Shown here one piece after another: positions 1 to 9,166 of a stretch of DNA of 41,164 nucleotides. The position numbers and the translations under genes were made by a program. Numbering within the stretch: position 1 is the first letter of the stretch; the number at the start of each line of letters is the position of its first letter. The notes below the pieces were generated by a model. That model worked only from the letters and a program-made list of their open reading frames with translations. It did no database searches and had not been told where the DNA came from. The stretch comes from Alteromonas sp. (GTDB lineage Bacteria > Margulisbacteria > Marinamargulisbacteria > UBA6595): the NCBI GenBank assembly GCA_964220215.1, contig CAXPTH010000016.1, positions 1 through 41,164 of the forward strand, read 5' to 3'.

Positions 1-17
1 CGACGCTCTTCCGATCT
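1..17 (+). other. Illumina TruSeq adapter remnant (technical artefact)
   Basis: CGACGCTCTTCCGATCT is the 3' end of the TruSeq Read 1 primer ACACTCTTTCCCTACACGACGCTCTTCCGATCT and sits at the contig end. Confidence 0.95.
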
Positions 18-56
18 AATGAAATCGTTGAACTATTCGACGGTAAAATTGTATAA
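18..56 (+). CDS. dnaX: C-terminal fragment, probably DNA polymerase III gamma/tau (partial)
   Basis: Reads NEIVELFDGKIV*, similar to DnaX C-termini; lies directly upstream of ybaB-recR, the conserved dnaX-ybaB-recR order. Confidence 0.55.
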   Translation, partial: NEIVELFDGKIV

Positions 57-110
57 TCGAAATGAATGATTATGTTCAGAACTTACTGGTTTTAAAAAAA
101 GAGATACATT

Positions 111-440
111 ATGCTAGACAATTTCAAAAATAAAATGGGTGATATGAAAGACATTATGGCCAAAGCCAAAGAGCTTAAGGAATCCTTAAAAACAACAAAA
201 AAAGAACTGGAAGCCATGGTATTGGATATCGAATACAAAAATAGAATTCGTATTAAAATTAATGGCGAAATGACTGTTCAAGACATTAGCATTAACCCCA
301 AATACTTTACTGATTCAGACAGCAAAAAACTAGAGGCTGATTTAATTAAAGCCGTTAATCAAGCAACGGATGAAGCCAAAAAAGAAGCAAATAAATTGCT
401 ATCTAAAGTCACTGGCGGACTCAACTTGCCCGGCTTATAA
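111..440 (+). CDS. ybaB: YbaB/EbfC family nucleoid-associated protein
   Basis: 109 aa; M-rich N-terminus, LEADLIKAVNQA, C-terminal TGGLNLPGL; directly upstream of recR. Confidence 0.9.
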   Translation: MLDNFKNKMGDMKDIMAKAKELKESLKTTKKELEAMVLDIEYKNRIRIKINGEMTVQDISINPKYFTDSDSKKLEADLIKAVNQATDEAKKEANKLLSKVTGGLNLPGL

Positions 441-444
441 GCAC

Positions 445-1038
445 TTGGAATCCCCACTTGCGCCATTAATCAAACAACTGCAACGCCTGCCCGGAATTGG
501 GCCTCGATCCGCAGAACGCCTTGCGTTCGTCTTACTATCCTGGTCCAGAACCGATGTTCAAACCTTTGCCCGTACTTTAGTGGACACCCACCAATCAATT
601 ATTTATTGCGAAACCTGCTTTAATATCTGCCTAACCAGTCCCTGCACCATCTGTTGCGACCCAACACGCAACCCCCATAGCTTGTGCGTAGTTGCCTACC
701 CCCAAGACATTGTCGCGCTAAGCAAAACCAATGCCTACAATGGACTATTTCACGTATTGGGCGGGTTAATCTCACCCCTAGACGGCGTTCAGCCAGATAT
801 GCTTCGGATTCAAGAACTGCTCAAACGCCTTGATCTAGGGCAATTTTCTGAGGTTATTTTAGCCATTAGCCCCACACTGGAGGGCGATGCGACAGCCTTG
901 TATTTAACCGATTGCTTGGCTCGATTTTCAAACCTATCCGTAACAACCTTGGCATTCGGGCTTCCCGTTGGCGCTCAACTGGATTATGCCGACCCGCTAA
1001 CCCTGCAACGCTCTCTCGAACAACGGCGTCAGATATGA
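445..1038 (+). CDS. recR: Recombination mediator RecR
   Basis: LPGIGPRSAERLAF (HhH), CxxC...CxxC zinc finger, FHVLGGLISPLDG, PTLEGDATA Toprim; TTG start at 445 chosen to avoid overlap with ybaB. Confidence 0.95.
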   Translation: MESPLAPLIKQLQRLPGIGPRSAERLAFVLLSWSRTDVQTFARTLVDTHQSIIYCETCFNICLTSPCTICCDPTRNPHSLCVVAYPQDIVALSKTNAYNGLFHVLGGLISPLDGVQPDMLRIQELLKRLDLGQFSEVILAISPTLEGDATALYLTDCLARFSNLSVTTLAFGLPVGAQLDYADPLTLQRSLEQRRQI

Positions 1039-1055
1039 TACACTAATACAACAAT

Positions 1056-1131
1056 GCGGGAGTAGCTCAGTTGGTAGAGCATCAGCCTTCCAAGCTGAAT
1101 GTCGCGAGTTCGACCCTCGTCTCCCGCTCCA
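1056..1131 (+). tRNA. tRNA-Gly(TCC)
   Basis: GCGGGAG acceptor stem pairing with CTCCCGC, D-arm AGCTCAGTTGGTAGAGC, anticodon stem TCAGC/GCTGA around TCC, GTTCGA T-loop, encoded CCA; 76 nt. Confidence 0.97.
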
Positions 1132-1168
1132 GATCAACACCCAACTACTGGGGCACGAGGAGTTTATT

Positions 1169-2143
1169 ATGGCAAACACACCGCTCACGGACTTTATCAC
1201 AACCCATTACCATCACTTTAATGCCAATGCATTAAAGCAAGCTGCACACGCGTATATTGACCACCATCGTGCTGGAAAACGCATGCTCGTAACGTTAGCT
1301 GGCGCCATGAGCACTGCTGAATTGGGCCGATCGTTAGCCCCCATGATTCGTGCCGGATTGGTGGATGCCATTTGCTGTACTGGCGCCAACTTGGAAGAGG
1401 ATGTTTTCCGAGCAATTGCTTACACTCATTATCGCTCAATTCCCGATTATCGAGAACTCAGTGCTGCCGATGAACAAGATTTACACGATGCCGGATTTAA
1501 CCGCGTCACCGATACCTGCATTCCAGAAGCTGAAGCCATGCGCTGCATTGAAACGCATTTGATTGCCGCATGGCGAGCCGCATCTGAGGCGAGTGAGCGC
1601 CGATTGCCCCATGAATATGTGTACACATTGGTTCAACAACTCGCCGCCGAAGGGGCTTTCCAAGTCCCCAAAGAAGAGAGCTGGGTCTTGGCGGCGGCTG
1701 AACGCCAATTGCCCCTATATGTGCCGGGATGGGAAGATTCCACACTGGGCAACTTCTGTGTGGCGGCTGGGCGTCGGGGGGACTGCAACGTAGATTGTAT
1801 CTTATCTGGATTGCATTACATGGATAAACTCATTGATTGGTACACCACCACCACCCAGGATACATCGATTGGGTTTTTCCAAGTGGGCGGTGGCATTGCC
1901 GGTGATTTCCCCATCTGCGTCGTACCCTTGCTGAATCAAGACTTGCAAGAATCCGTGCCGTTGTGGTCCTATTTTTGCCAAATTACCGATGCAACCGAAA
2001 GTTACGGTGGCTATTCCGGCGCACACCCCAACGAAAAAATTACATGGGGAAAATTAAGTGCTGACACCCCGCGATTTGTGATTCATAGCGATGCTAGCAT
2101 TGTCGCACCCTTGCTATTTCAAGTAATTCTTGAAAATAGCTAA
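1169..2143 (+). CDS. Deoxyhypusine synthase-like protein (probable homospermidine synthase, SpeY-type)
   Basis: TLAGAMSTAELG, CTGANLEED, NRVTDTCIPE, GGYSGAHPNEKITWGK; SD GAGGAG upstream. Confidence 0.9.
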   Translation: MANTPLTDFITTHYHHFNANALKQAAHAYIDHHRAGKRMLVTLAGAMSTAELGRSLAPMIRAGLVDAICCTGANLEEDVFRAIAYTHYRSIPDYRELSAADEQDLHDAGFNRVTDTCIPEAEAMRCIETHLIAAWRAASEASERRLPHEYVYTLVQQLAAEGAFQVPKEESWVLAAAERQLPLYVPGWEDSTLGNFCVAAGRRGDCNVDCILSGLHYMDKLIDWYTTTTQDTSIGFFQVGGGIAGDFPICVVPLLNQDLQESVPLWSYFCQITDATESYGGYSGAHPNEKITWGKLSADTPRFVIHSDASIVAPLLFQVILENS

Positions 2144-2166
2144 GGAGTGAATATCCGGAGGGGCCT

Positions 2167-3555
2167 GTGACCACATCCATCGTATTTATATCCGATAATT
2201 ATCTCGCTATTTCAAAACTGTGCTATGCATTGCGCCAACACTACACCGTATCTGTTCAATCAACCGACAGTATTCGCAATACCCAAAACCCCTTTGCTGA
2301 ATTTAATTGCGCCATTATCGATTACACCCATGGCCCCATCGAAATAAAGACCAAACCCCCCATATTTACCATCGGGCTGGTTGACGACCCAGACCGGCAG
2401 GCCACCATCCAATTGCTGCAACTGACTGACCTAAGCTTGAATAGCACTACGCCGATCGAACACCTATGCCACTACCTTCAACCTGCGTATCGCCAATTGA
2501 TCCAAAGTGCCTTGATTCCTGTCCAATCCAGCATCCTATTCATTGGGCCATTTCATACCTGTTTATCCCAATTTACAACCCAACTGTTGCCATTTAACTG
2601 CCTGCATGCCCCCACAGCGTTAGCTGGCATCAGCTTGTGGCGCAACCCGGCAAAAAACATCCGATTGGTGCTGATTGATCAAGCCATTGACGACGCCATT
2701 ATTCATCACGAAATCCAATTAAGCTGTACCACAATTCTAATGTACGACTCCCGACCCATCCCCCCTTCTGCCCAATATTTTAACCGCGGTTACCACGGCA
2801 TCATTGCCCATCCCAATGACCTCATTGCAGAACTCATTGACATTGCTTCAATTCCAAAACCCATGGTATCCAGCCAACAAAATGCCACATTTATTATGGA
2901 AGACATTCACCATAAACGAACACACAAACTCACCCAAGATTATCAACGACTGCCAACGATCTACCAAGAAAAAATTCCGCGATCAACCGCAATCTCCCGC
3001 ATCAATGCCACAACATTTAAAGACACCCTTGCGACACTGTGTCACGACGCTGGGCAACCCCAGCCCAGCTACCAGCCCCAACCGGTGCTACTAATTGGCA
3101 CTGCTTTAACGCCTGTTATGCAATCACTCAAATCCCAAATTTTTGACCCATACTTAGTTCCAACCATTGAAGCCGCCATGCACGCCATTCAAATGACCGA
3201 CTTTTCAGCTATCGTAACACCCATTATGCTTCCCGATGGCATGATTCAAAATTGGTTAGTCCCCATTTATGAACACTTGTTTATTCGCAATGTTGTCTCA
3301 AAAACAATTGTTATTAGCCACGATCATCAACTCAAAACCATTACCCAATTAATGCGTCGTCATGTGAATCATCGACTACTAGACCCTGTCGACACTCACG
3401 AACTCGTTCGCATTTTAGAGCCCTGGGCCCGCGAATTTTTTTATATTCAATCCTGCTATACCGTTTTAAATACCTTATTAAAAAATCATTGCAATCAGTC
3501 GTTAAAATCAGCCCTTCACCATCATTTAGACCCAGAATTAATATCCCTGCTTTAG
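2167..3555 (+). CDS. Hypothetical protein with degenerate CheY-like receiver repeats
   Basis: 462-aa ORF; three segments with receiver-like beta1/beta3 patterns (SIVFISD..CAIIDY; SILFIG..LVLIDQ; VLLIG..AIVTPIMLPDG..LLDPVDTHEL). Confidence 0.6.
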   Translation: MTTSIVFISDNYLAISKLCYALRQHYTVSVQSTDSIRNTQNPFAEFNCAIIDYTHGPIEIKTKPPIFTIGLVDDPDRQATIQLLQLTDLSLNSTTPIEHLCHYLQPAYRQLIQSALIPVQSSILFIGPFHTCLSQFTTQLLPFNCLHAPTALAGISLWRNPAKNIRLVLIDQAIDDAIIHHEIQLSCTTILMYDSRPIPPSAQYFNRGYHGIIAHPNDLIAELIDIASIPKPMVSSQQNATFIMEDIHHKRTHKLTQDYQRLPTIYQEKIPRSTAISRINATTFKDTLATLCHDAGQPQPSYQPQPVLLIGTALTPVMQSLKSQIFDPYLVPTIEAAMHAIQMTDFSAIVTPIMLPDGMIQNWLVPIYEHLFIRNVVSKTIVISHDHQLKTITQLMRRHVNHRLLDPVDTHELVRILEPWAREFFYIQSCYTVLNTLLKNHCNQSLKSALHHHLDPELISLL

Positions 3556-3584
3556 TTTCTTTGTTATACTAATATGTAATTTCC

Positions 3585-4406
3585 ATGAATATTCATACGT
3601 TCCACAAAGAACTGGATCTTGCCGGCCGTATCCAGCAAGGCCTTTTATCGTTCCAAAATCAATCCTACGAATTGGCTGGCTTGACCATCGCAAAACAAAG
3701 TTTAGCGGCCAACAGTATTGGGGGGGATTTTTATTTATTGGGCGACCCCAAACAATTGCCCATGCAGGCGGACGAATTGTTGCCTGGCGTTGTGCATTAT
3801 GGCGCCGAGTCGGACACGGCTATTTCTATCGTTGTGGGGGATGTTACCGGCCATGGGATTGGCTCTGCATTGGTCATGGCCTTGTGCATCGCCTTGTTCT
3901 CAGATATTATCAAACACACCCACAATCCCAGTGAAATTTTACATTTAGCCAATCAAAAACTCTGTGCCTTATTGCCCACCGATGCGCTGTATTTCGTTAC
4001 CGCTTACGTGATGACATTCTTCCCTCGATCGCAAACCATTGTATATAGCCAAGCCGGCCACCCACCGGGCTGGCTACTGTCTAAAACCGGTGCGATAGAA
4101 CCCCTATCGTGCCCCAATAGCTTTTTGGGCCTGTATGCGGATGAGCCTTTTGAAGAAGCCCGTCATGAACTCAGTCCCGGAGACCGAATTATGCTGTATA
4201 CCGATGGGCTGTCCGAAGCCCCAAAAACCAATGGCGACCGATTAAGCGAAGCCGGGTTATGCGAGCTATTCCAACAGCATGTTCACCAATCCCTGGATGC
4301 CACACTAACCGCTATTTTTGACGCTGTTAAACAAAAAAATGCCGTAATCCCCGATGACCAAACCCTCGTTCTGATTGAATCGTCACCGACGCATCCTCAG
4401 TCTTAA
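3585..4406 (+). CDS. SpoIIE/RsbU-family PP2C protein phosphatase (no sensor domain)
   Basis: ELDLAGRIQQGLL, IGGDFY, VGDVTGHGIGSAL, AGHPP, LYTDGLSEA, DDQT. Confidence 0.92.
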   Translation: MNIHTFHKELDLAGRIQQGLLSFQNQSYELAGLTIAKQSLAANSIGGDFYLLGDPKQLPMQADELLPGVVHYGAESDTAISIVVGDVTGHGIGSALVMALCIALFSDIIKHTHNPSEILHLANQKLCALLPTDALYFVTAYVMTFFPRSQTIVYSQAGHPPGWLLSKTGAIEPLSCPNSFLGLYADEPFEEARHELSPGDRIMLYTDGLSEAPKTNGDRLSEAGLCELFQQHVHQSLDATLTAIFDAVKQKNAVIPDDQTLVLIESSPTHPQS

Positions 4407-4434
4407 GCTCTGAATATGATTTTTCCATAATCAC

Positions 4435-4443
4435 TGCTACACT
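4435..4443 (+). promoter_or_regulatory. Extended -10 element (TGCTACACT) 7 nt before the ATG; probable leaderless promoter
   Basis: TGn-TAnnnT match, ATG at 4451, no SD between them. Confidence 0.55.
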
Positions 4444-4450
4444 ATAGCGT

Positions 4451-5140
4451 ATGTGGAAAGAAAAAATACCGGTCAAAAGTCATACCAGCACCCATGTTAA
4501 AAAAAATCATGAATATTTAATTCACGAAATGAATCTGCATCTCTACCTTGAGTCAGACACCCCAAGCACCCACCCCATTATTCCGGAAAAGCCCCTGCGC
4601 TGGATAACTGGCTATTGTTGGCTAGCCCACCAAAAAACCCTGGATTCGGAGCCTCAGATAGACGGCTGGCACTATCGCATTGCATCCACAACACCCGCAC
4701 AGTATCCAGCGCCAACGCCCCCAACACCCATTAAAAAAACAGAGTTAATTCATAGTATTCAAGCCTTTCAAACCGCTAGTTTTTTTTACAAAGACACCAG
4801 CGTCACCCACAGCGCTGCCTTGCTTGACCCGCGTGGGGACTTGATCGCCACTGGCCAAGACCTATGCGTTGAGCATGCCCTATACAAAGCCGTTGGGCAT
4901 TGGCTCGACACCGATGCCCCCGCCGTGGGAATGCTCATGATATCCGGAACCATTACTGAAGCCATTATCCACGACGCCCACCACCTGGGGGCATACTGGA
5001 TTGTCTCCCGATTAGCGCCCACCCACGCCGCCTATACCCAAGCCCAAGCCCTGGGGATTGGCCTGATTGGGTTTGCCCGGGTCAACCGATTTTCAGTGTT
5101 TTGTTCACCCCCCATACAAAATGCTATAATAACGCCTTAA
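4451..5140 (+). CDS. fdhD: FdhD/NarQ-family protein (degenerate)
   Basis: TSVTHSAAL, D..EHALYKAVG, IVSRLAPT, GIGLIGFARVNRFSVF match the FdhD C-terminal half; no CGxCG motif. Confidence 0.7.
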   Translation: MWKEKIPVKSHTSTHVKKNHEYLIHEMNLHLYLESDTPSTHPIIPEKPLRWITGYCWLAHQKTLDSEPQIDGWHYRIASTTPAQYPAPTPPTPIKKTELIHSIQAFQTASFFYKDTSVTHSAALLDPRGDLIATGQDLCVEHALYKAVGHWLDTDAPAVGMLMISGTITEAIIHDAHHLGAYWIVSRLAPTHAAYTQAQALGIGLIGFARVNRFSVFCSPPIQNAIITP

Positions 5141-6298
5141 ATGTCAGAAATTGCACACCCATTTGTCACCAATCAACCCGATGTTTTGCACTGGCTCAAT
5201 AGCCACCTGCATAGCCTGCCGTTTTATGCTTCGGTGGATATCCGATACGCTGGGTTTAAAATTGCCGTCGTTGATCACAATTTGTTTCCAGCCGGCTTTA
5301 ATAATTTATCCCATATTCATCGGTGCCAAACCGTCAATGCCTTTCAAACGGCACTCAACCATTATAAAATTTATGGCCAAAATTTAGTGTTGTTGTGCGA
5401 AACCCACACGCGCAATACCTGGTATTTGGAAAACATTCGTGTATTAGCAGATCTCATTCAAGCCGCCGATTTTCGAGTAACGATCAGTATGATTTTACCC
5501 GATTCAAACCAAGCCATCGAATGCCTCACCGCAACACGCCAAACCATTACGATCCACCCCTTTCATACCCTTCAAACCTACGATGCCATTATTTTAAATA
5601 ACGATCTCACGAGCGGGATTCCCGATAGCCTGGCCCACGCATCCGTCCCCATTATTCCCTCTGTTCGAGCCGGCTGGCACAGCCGCTTAAAGTCCGAACA
5701 TTTTAGCATCGCCAATCAACTCATTCAAACCATTGCCCATAAATTATCCGTGGACCCTTGGCTGTATTCGACCTTGTTTGATGTGGCCGATATTCACTCC
5801 ATTAACGATGCCGAATCCCGACAGTCTTTGTACCAAAAAGCCTGCGCATTATTTGCCAATATTCAAGAAAAATACACCGAGTATAGCATCGAGCAGCGGC
5901 CCTTTATATTTCTAAAATCCGATCAAGGCACCTACGGCATGGGCATTCAAGTGATTGAACACCCCGACGAGATTTTGAGCCTCAACCGAAAAAGTCGCAA
6001 TACACTGAGTAAAGGGAAATCCGCCAAACCCATTCAACGCTTGCTGTTGCAAGAAGGGGTGCCATCGATTCAAATCAACAACGGAAAAACAGCCGAGGCC
6101 TGCATCTACAGCGTGATGAATCATTGCATTGGGGGATTTTACCGACTGCATGAACACGAAAGCCGAAACAATTTAAATAAAACCGGCATGACCTTTGGCC
6201 CCATTGACGACATGCCCACAGATCTCTATCAACTGCATGTTACCCTCGCCCAAGTGGCCAACGTTGCCGCCGCCCACGAACTGGCTGCCATCGCATGA
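5141..6298 (+). CDS. gshA: Glutamate--cysteine ligase (divergent ATP-grasp GshA type)
   Basis: PFYASVDIR.AGFKIAVVD.NLFPAGFNNL, E.HTRNTWYLEN, LNNDLTSG, K.DQGTYGMG, QEGVP; ATGA-coupled to gshB. Confidence 0.9.
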   Translation: MSEIAHPFVTNQPDVLHWLNSHLHSLPFYASVDIRYAGFKIAVVDHNLFPAGFNNLSHIHRCQTVNAFQTALNHYKIYGQNLVLLCETHTRNTWYLENIRVLADLIQAADFRVTISMILPDSNQAIECLTATRQTITIHPFHTLQTYDAIILNNDLTSGIPDSLAHASVPIIPSVRAGWHSRLKSEHFSIANQLIQTIAHKLSVDPWLYSTLFDVADIHSINDAESRQSLYQKACALFANIQEKYTEYSIEQRPFIFLKSDQGTYGMGIQVIEHPDEILSLNRKSRNTLSKGKSAKPIQRLLLQEGVPSIQINNGKTAEACIYSVMNHCIGGFYRLHEHESRNNLNKTGMTFGPIDDMPTDLYQLHVTLAQVANVAAAHELAAIA

Positions 6299-7227
6299 AC
6301 AGCGTCTTTTTAATGGATCCTCTGGCCACCTGTGTGCCCGACAAGGACACCAGCTTGGGACTCATGCTCAGCGCACAAGCCGCCGGCCACCGCGTGTATT
6401 ATTGGGCCCCCGAACACGTGGGGCATGGCCAATCAACCTTGTCGGTTATCGAGTTGTCCGTTCGGGAACATCCCACGGATCCAATTTGCAATCAAGTCCC
6501 GGTTGACTTGCCCGTGGCGGACTGCGATGTGATTTGGATTCGCTTAAACCCGCCCTTTGATCACCGCTATTTGCAACTCACCTGGCTGTTGGATCAGCTC
6601 CCCAAGCACATTCGCATTATTAACAGCACCCATGGCCTGCGCACCGTTAATGAAAAACTATGGGCGCTGCAATTTTCAGATCATATTCCAGATACCATCG
6701 TGAGCACTCAGTTAAGCGATTATCAGGATTTTTTAGCCAAGCATAAAACGATTATCATAAAACCCACCGACCATTTTGGCGGTCAGGGCATTTTTAAAAT
6801 TCACCATACCGATACCAATCGATCCGTTGCCTTTGAACTGCTCAGCCACGGTGAAACACGGCCCGTTATTATACAGGCCCTAGTCCCAGAGGCACACCGA
6901 GGGGATAAACGCATATTGCTCCTGAATGGGAAGCCACTGGGCGCTGTATTGCGTCGGCAAACGGGGGATGACCACCGGCACAATCTAGCCGCTGGGGGGC
7001 ATGCCGAGCCCGCCGATATTACCGCTAACGACCAGGCTATTATTGATGCCGTTACTCCCTCATTGGTGGAGTTGGGCCTTCACTTTGTGGGCTTGGATAT
7101 TTTAGGCGACCGACTCATTGAAGTCAACGTCACCTCCCCAACATGCCTGCGTGAATTGTCTAAATTCCATGGCTGTGACAGGGGCGCACCCATCTTAGAC
7201 TGGCTCAACCAATCATTCCAAGCCTAA
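6295..7227 (+). CDS. gshB: Glutathione synthetase
   Basis: FLMDP, KDTS, R.NPPFD..Y, NEKL, GDKRILL, NLAAGG, FVGLD.LG..LIEVNVTSPT. Confidence 0.95.
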   Translation: MNSVFLMDPLATCVPDKDTSLGLMLSAQAAGHRVYYWAPEHVGHGQSTLSVIELSVREHPTDPICNQVPVDLPVADCDVIWIRLNPPFDHRYLQLTWLLDQLPKHIRIINSTHGLRTVNEKLWALQFSDHIPDTIVSTQLSDYQDFLAKHKTIIIKPTDHFGGQGIFKIHHTDTNRSVAFELLSHGETRPVIIQALVPEAHRGDKRILLLNGKPLGAVLRRQTGDDHRHNLAAGGHAEPADITANDQAIIDAVTPSLVELGLHFVGLDILGDRLIEVNVTSPTCLRELSKFHGCDRGAPILDWLNQSFQA

Positions 7228-7506
7228 CGCCTGCATCGTATCCAAATCCATGTGCGACTGGGTATGCTGACAGGATAGAAATTCCAACAACTTCATGATT
7301 TCGCCAATAATTCGTAGTTGCTGAAAGCGCTCCTCATGAATCATCCGCAGCGTATGCCGCATAGCTTGAATCGCTTCCGATTCATGCAACACCGCCCGAA
7401 CGAGTGCTAAGCGCGCATCAAATTTTGGCTCAGATTGAATATCATGAATTAACCGAATCAATCGAATATCCAAACTCATTGCATTGGGTGCTTGTTCGTG
7501 TGTCAT
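7213..7506 (-). CDS. Hypothetical helical protein
   Basis: 97-aa ORF with upstream AAGGGGG SD-like run and TATAAT; fills the gap between gshB and the mutase. Confidence 0.55.
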   Translation of the reverse strand: MTHEQAPNAMSLDIRLIRLIHDIQSEPKFDARLALVRAVLHESEAIQAMRHTLRMIHEERFQQLRIIGEIMKLLEFLSCQHTQSHMDLDTMQALGLE

Positions 7507-7562
7507 GCTGCAGAGATACCCCCTTCTTAATTATTATAAACATTGGATCCTAAATAAAGCCT

Positions 7563-8981
7563 TTATTCGCACAAGGCGGGCACAACATCCCGCAGCCAAT
7601 GCGTGACCTGAGCCTCAGTAGCCCCTTCACTGTACACGCGAACCACGGGCTCTGTTCCGGAGCACCGCCACAGTACCCAGCCCGTATCCAAGACAACCTT
7701 AATGCCATCCACACGGTTCACGGACCGATGCGCGCCCAAAACAGACAAAACATGGCTTAAATTGTCTCCCGATGCAATGCGTTGTTTCTGGGCATCGGAT
7801 ACGGTAAGCGCTGTTTCATGAAAATAAAACGAACCATAGCGCGCCAATGCTGCACGATGCTGCGCAACCGACTGGCCGGTCTTGGCTACAATCATGGCCA
7901 TCAGTACCGCCGGCAAGAACCCACATTTTTCGTGCGTATGCCAGGAAGCCGAAAACCCACCCGACGACTCAACCGCAAACACCGTCCCCGCTTGTGCACG
8001 ATCAAACAACGGTGAAAAATGCTTAAACCCAACCGCTGTTTCATAATACGCACAGTCCTGTTGCTCACAAAACGCTTGAATCAGTCCCGACGAGGCCACC
8101 GTGGTTGCCACACCAGTTAACCCATAGCCTTGAGTCACCCAATAGTGCGCAATAATCATGCAAATTTGTTCCGGGGAACACGGCGTCCCGTCTTCATCAA
8201 CCAGCGCAAACCGATCCGCATCCGGATCGTGCGCCACCCCAAACATCGCCCCCGATGCTCGAACGGTTTCGCCCAACGCATCCAACACCGATGCCGACAC
8301 TGGATTGGGATCAAGCCCACCAAAATCCGACAACGGCTCTGGGTGACAATGAATCACATGAAGCCCAAGCGCATCGGCTAACGCCCGCCATGTGGGTGCC
8401 GAAGTCCCATGACGATGATCCACAACAATTGTGCCCGAAATACTGGGTCGACCCAACCGAGACTCAACAGCAGCAACCAACCGAGTCACAAACCCATCCA
8501 CAAACGATACCGGTTGTATCGCTACCGGCACAATTGGGGCTTGGGACGGAGCGGCATTGGCTACCGTTTGAATCTCGGTTGTCAGGGCAACGGGCGCCGG
8601 CGCCCCATTGGCCGCATTTACTTTTAAACCGTTGTACTCCGGGGGGTTGTGGGATGCCGTTAACATAATCCCAAGCCCCGCACCCTGCGCACGAATGGTA
8701 TCTGATACCACCGGCGTTGGGACCGGTTGATCCGACAGTTGAACCCGAATACCCGCTTGGTTCAATCGCGTCGCCACCTGCATGGCATACCCCGTTGGCC
8801 CTTCGTTGCCCGTCCGGCAATCATAGCCAATAATCACATGCTGGGGCATGGCTTGTGTGTGCATGATCCGGATAATGGCATATACAATGGCATCCACATG
8901 TGTGGCCGTAAATGTCTGCCCCAGAATCCCCCGATGCCCCGACGTTCCAAATTGAATTTGAATCGATACCCAATCACTCAT
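7563..8981 (-). CDS. Phosphoglucomutase/phosphomannomutase family
   Basis: FGTSGHRG, TASHNP catalytic Ser loop, DPDADR metal loop, SGTEPVVRVYSE; ATG start at 8981. Confidence 0.93.
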   Translation of the reverse strand: MSDWVSIQIQFGTSGHRGILGQTFTATHVDAIVYAIIRIMHTQAMPQHVIIGYDCRTGNEGPTGYAMQVATRLNQAGIRVQLSDQPVPTPVVSDTIRAQGAGLGIMLTASHNPPEYNGLKVNAANGAPAPVALTTEIQTVANAAPSQAPIVPVAIQPVSFVDGFVTRLVAAVESRLGRPSISGTIVVDHRHGTSAPTWRALADALGLHVIHCHPEPLSDFGGLDPNPVSASVLDALGETVRASGAMFGVAHDPDADRFALVDEDGTPCSPEQICMIIAHYWVTQGYGLTGVATTVASSGLIQAFCEQQDCAYYETAVGFKHFSPLFDRAQAGTVFAVESSGGFSASWHTHEKCGFLPAVLMAMIVAKTGQSVAQHRAALARYGSFYFHETALTVSDAQKQRIASGDNLSHVLSVLGAHRSVNRVDGIKVVLDTGWVLWRCSGTEPVVRVYSEGATEAQVTHWLRDVVPALCE

Positions 8982-9166
8982 AGTGCCTATGATGCCACAG
9001 GCCGTCGCTTTTCTCAACCGAGTTCGTTCACCCCATGTTAATAAACACTGTAAACCATGTAGAAAAAGTTAACAATTATGTAGTTATTTTAACTGTTAAA
9101 TTAATTTGAATTCGATTTATACTGTAGCTTAAATAATTGAACCATACCAATTAAGGAGACAATGCA

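Noticed and set aside
370..444. Long N-terminal extensions in the ORF track (recR; similarly ccsA, mnmE, yidC, omp85)
   Set aside because: They overlap upstream genes, and homology begins at downstream starts
1056..1131. tRNA-Gly as the integration site of an island
   Set aside because: No integrase and no duplicated tRNA 3' end noticed in the window
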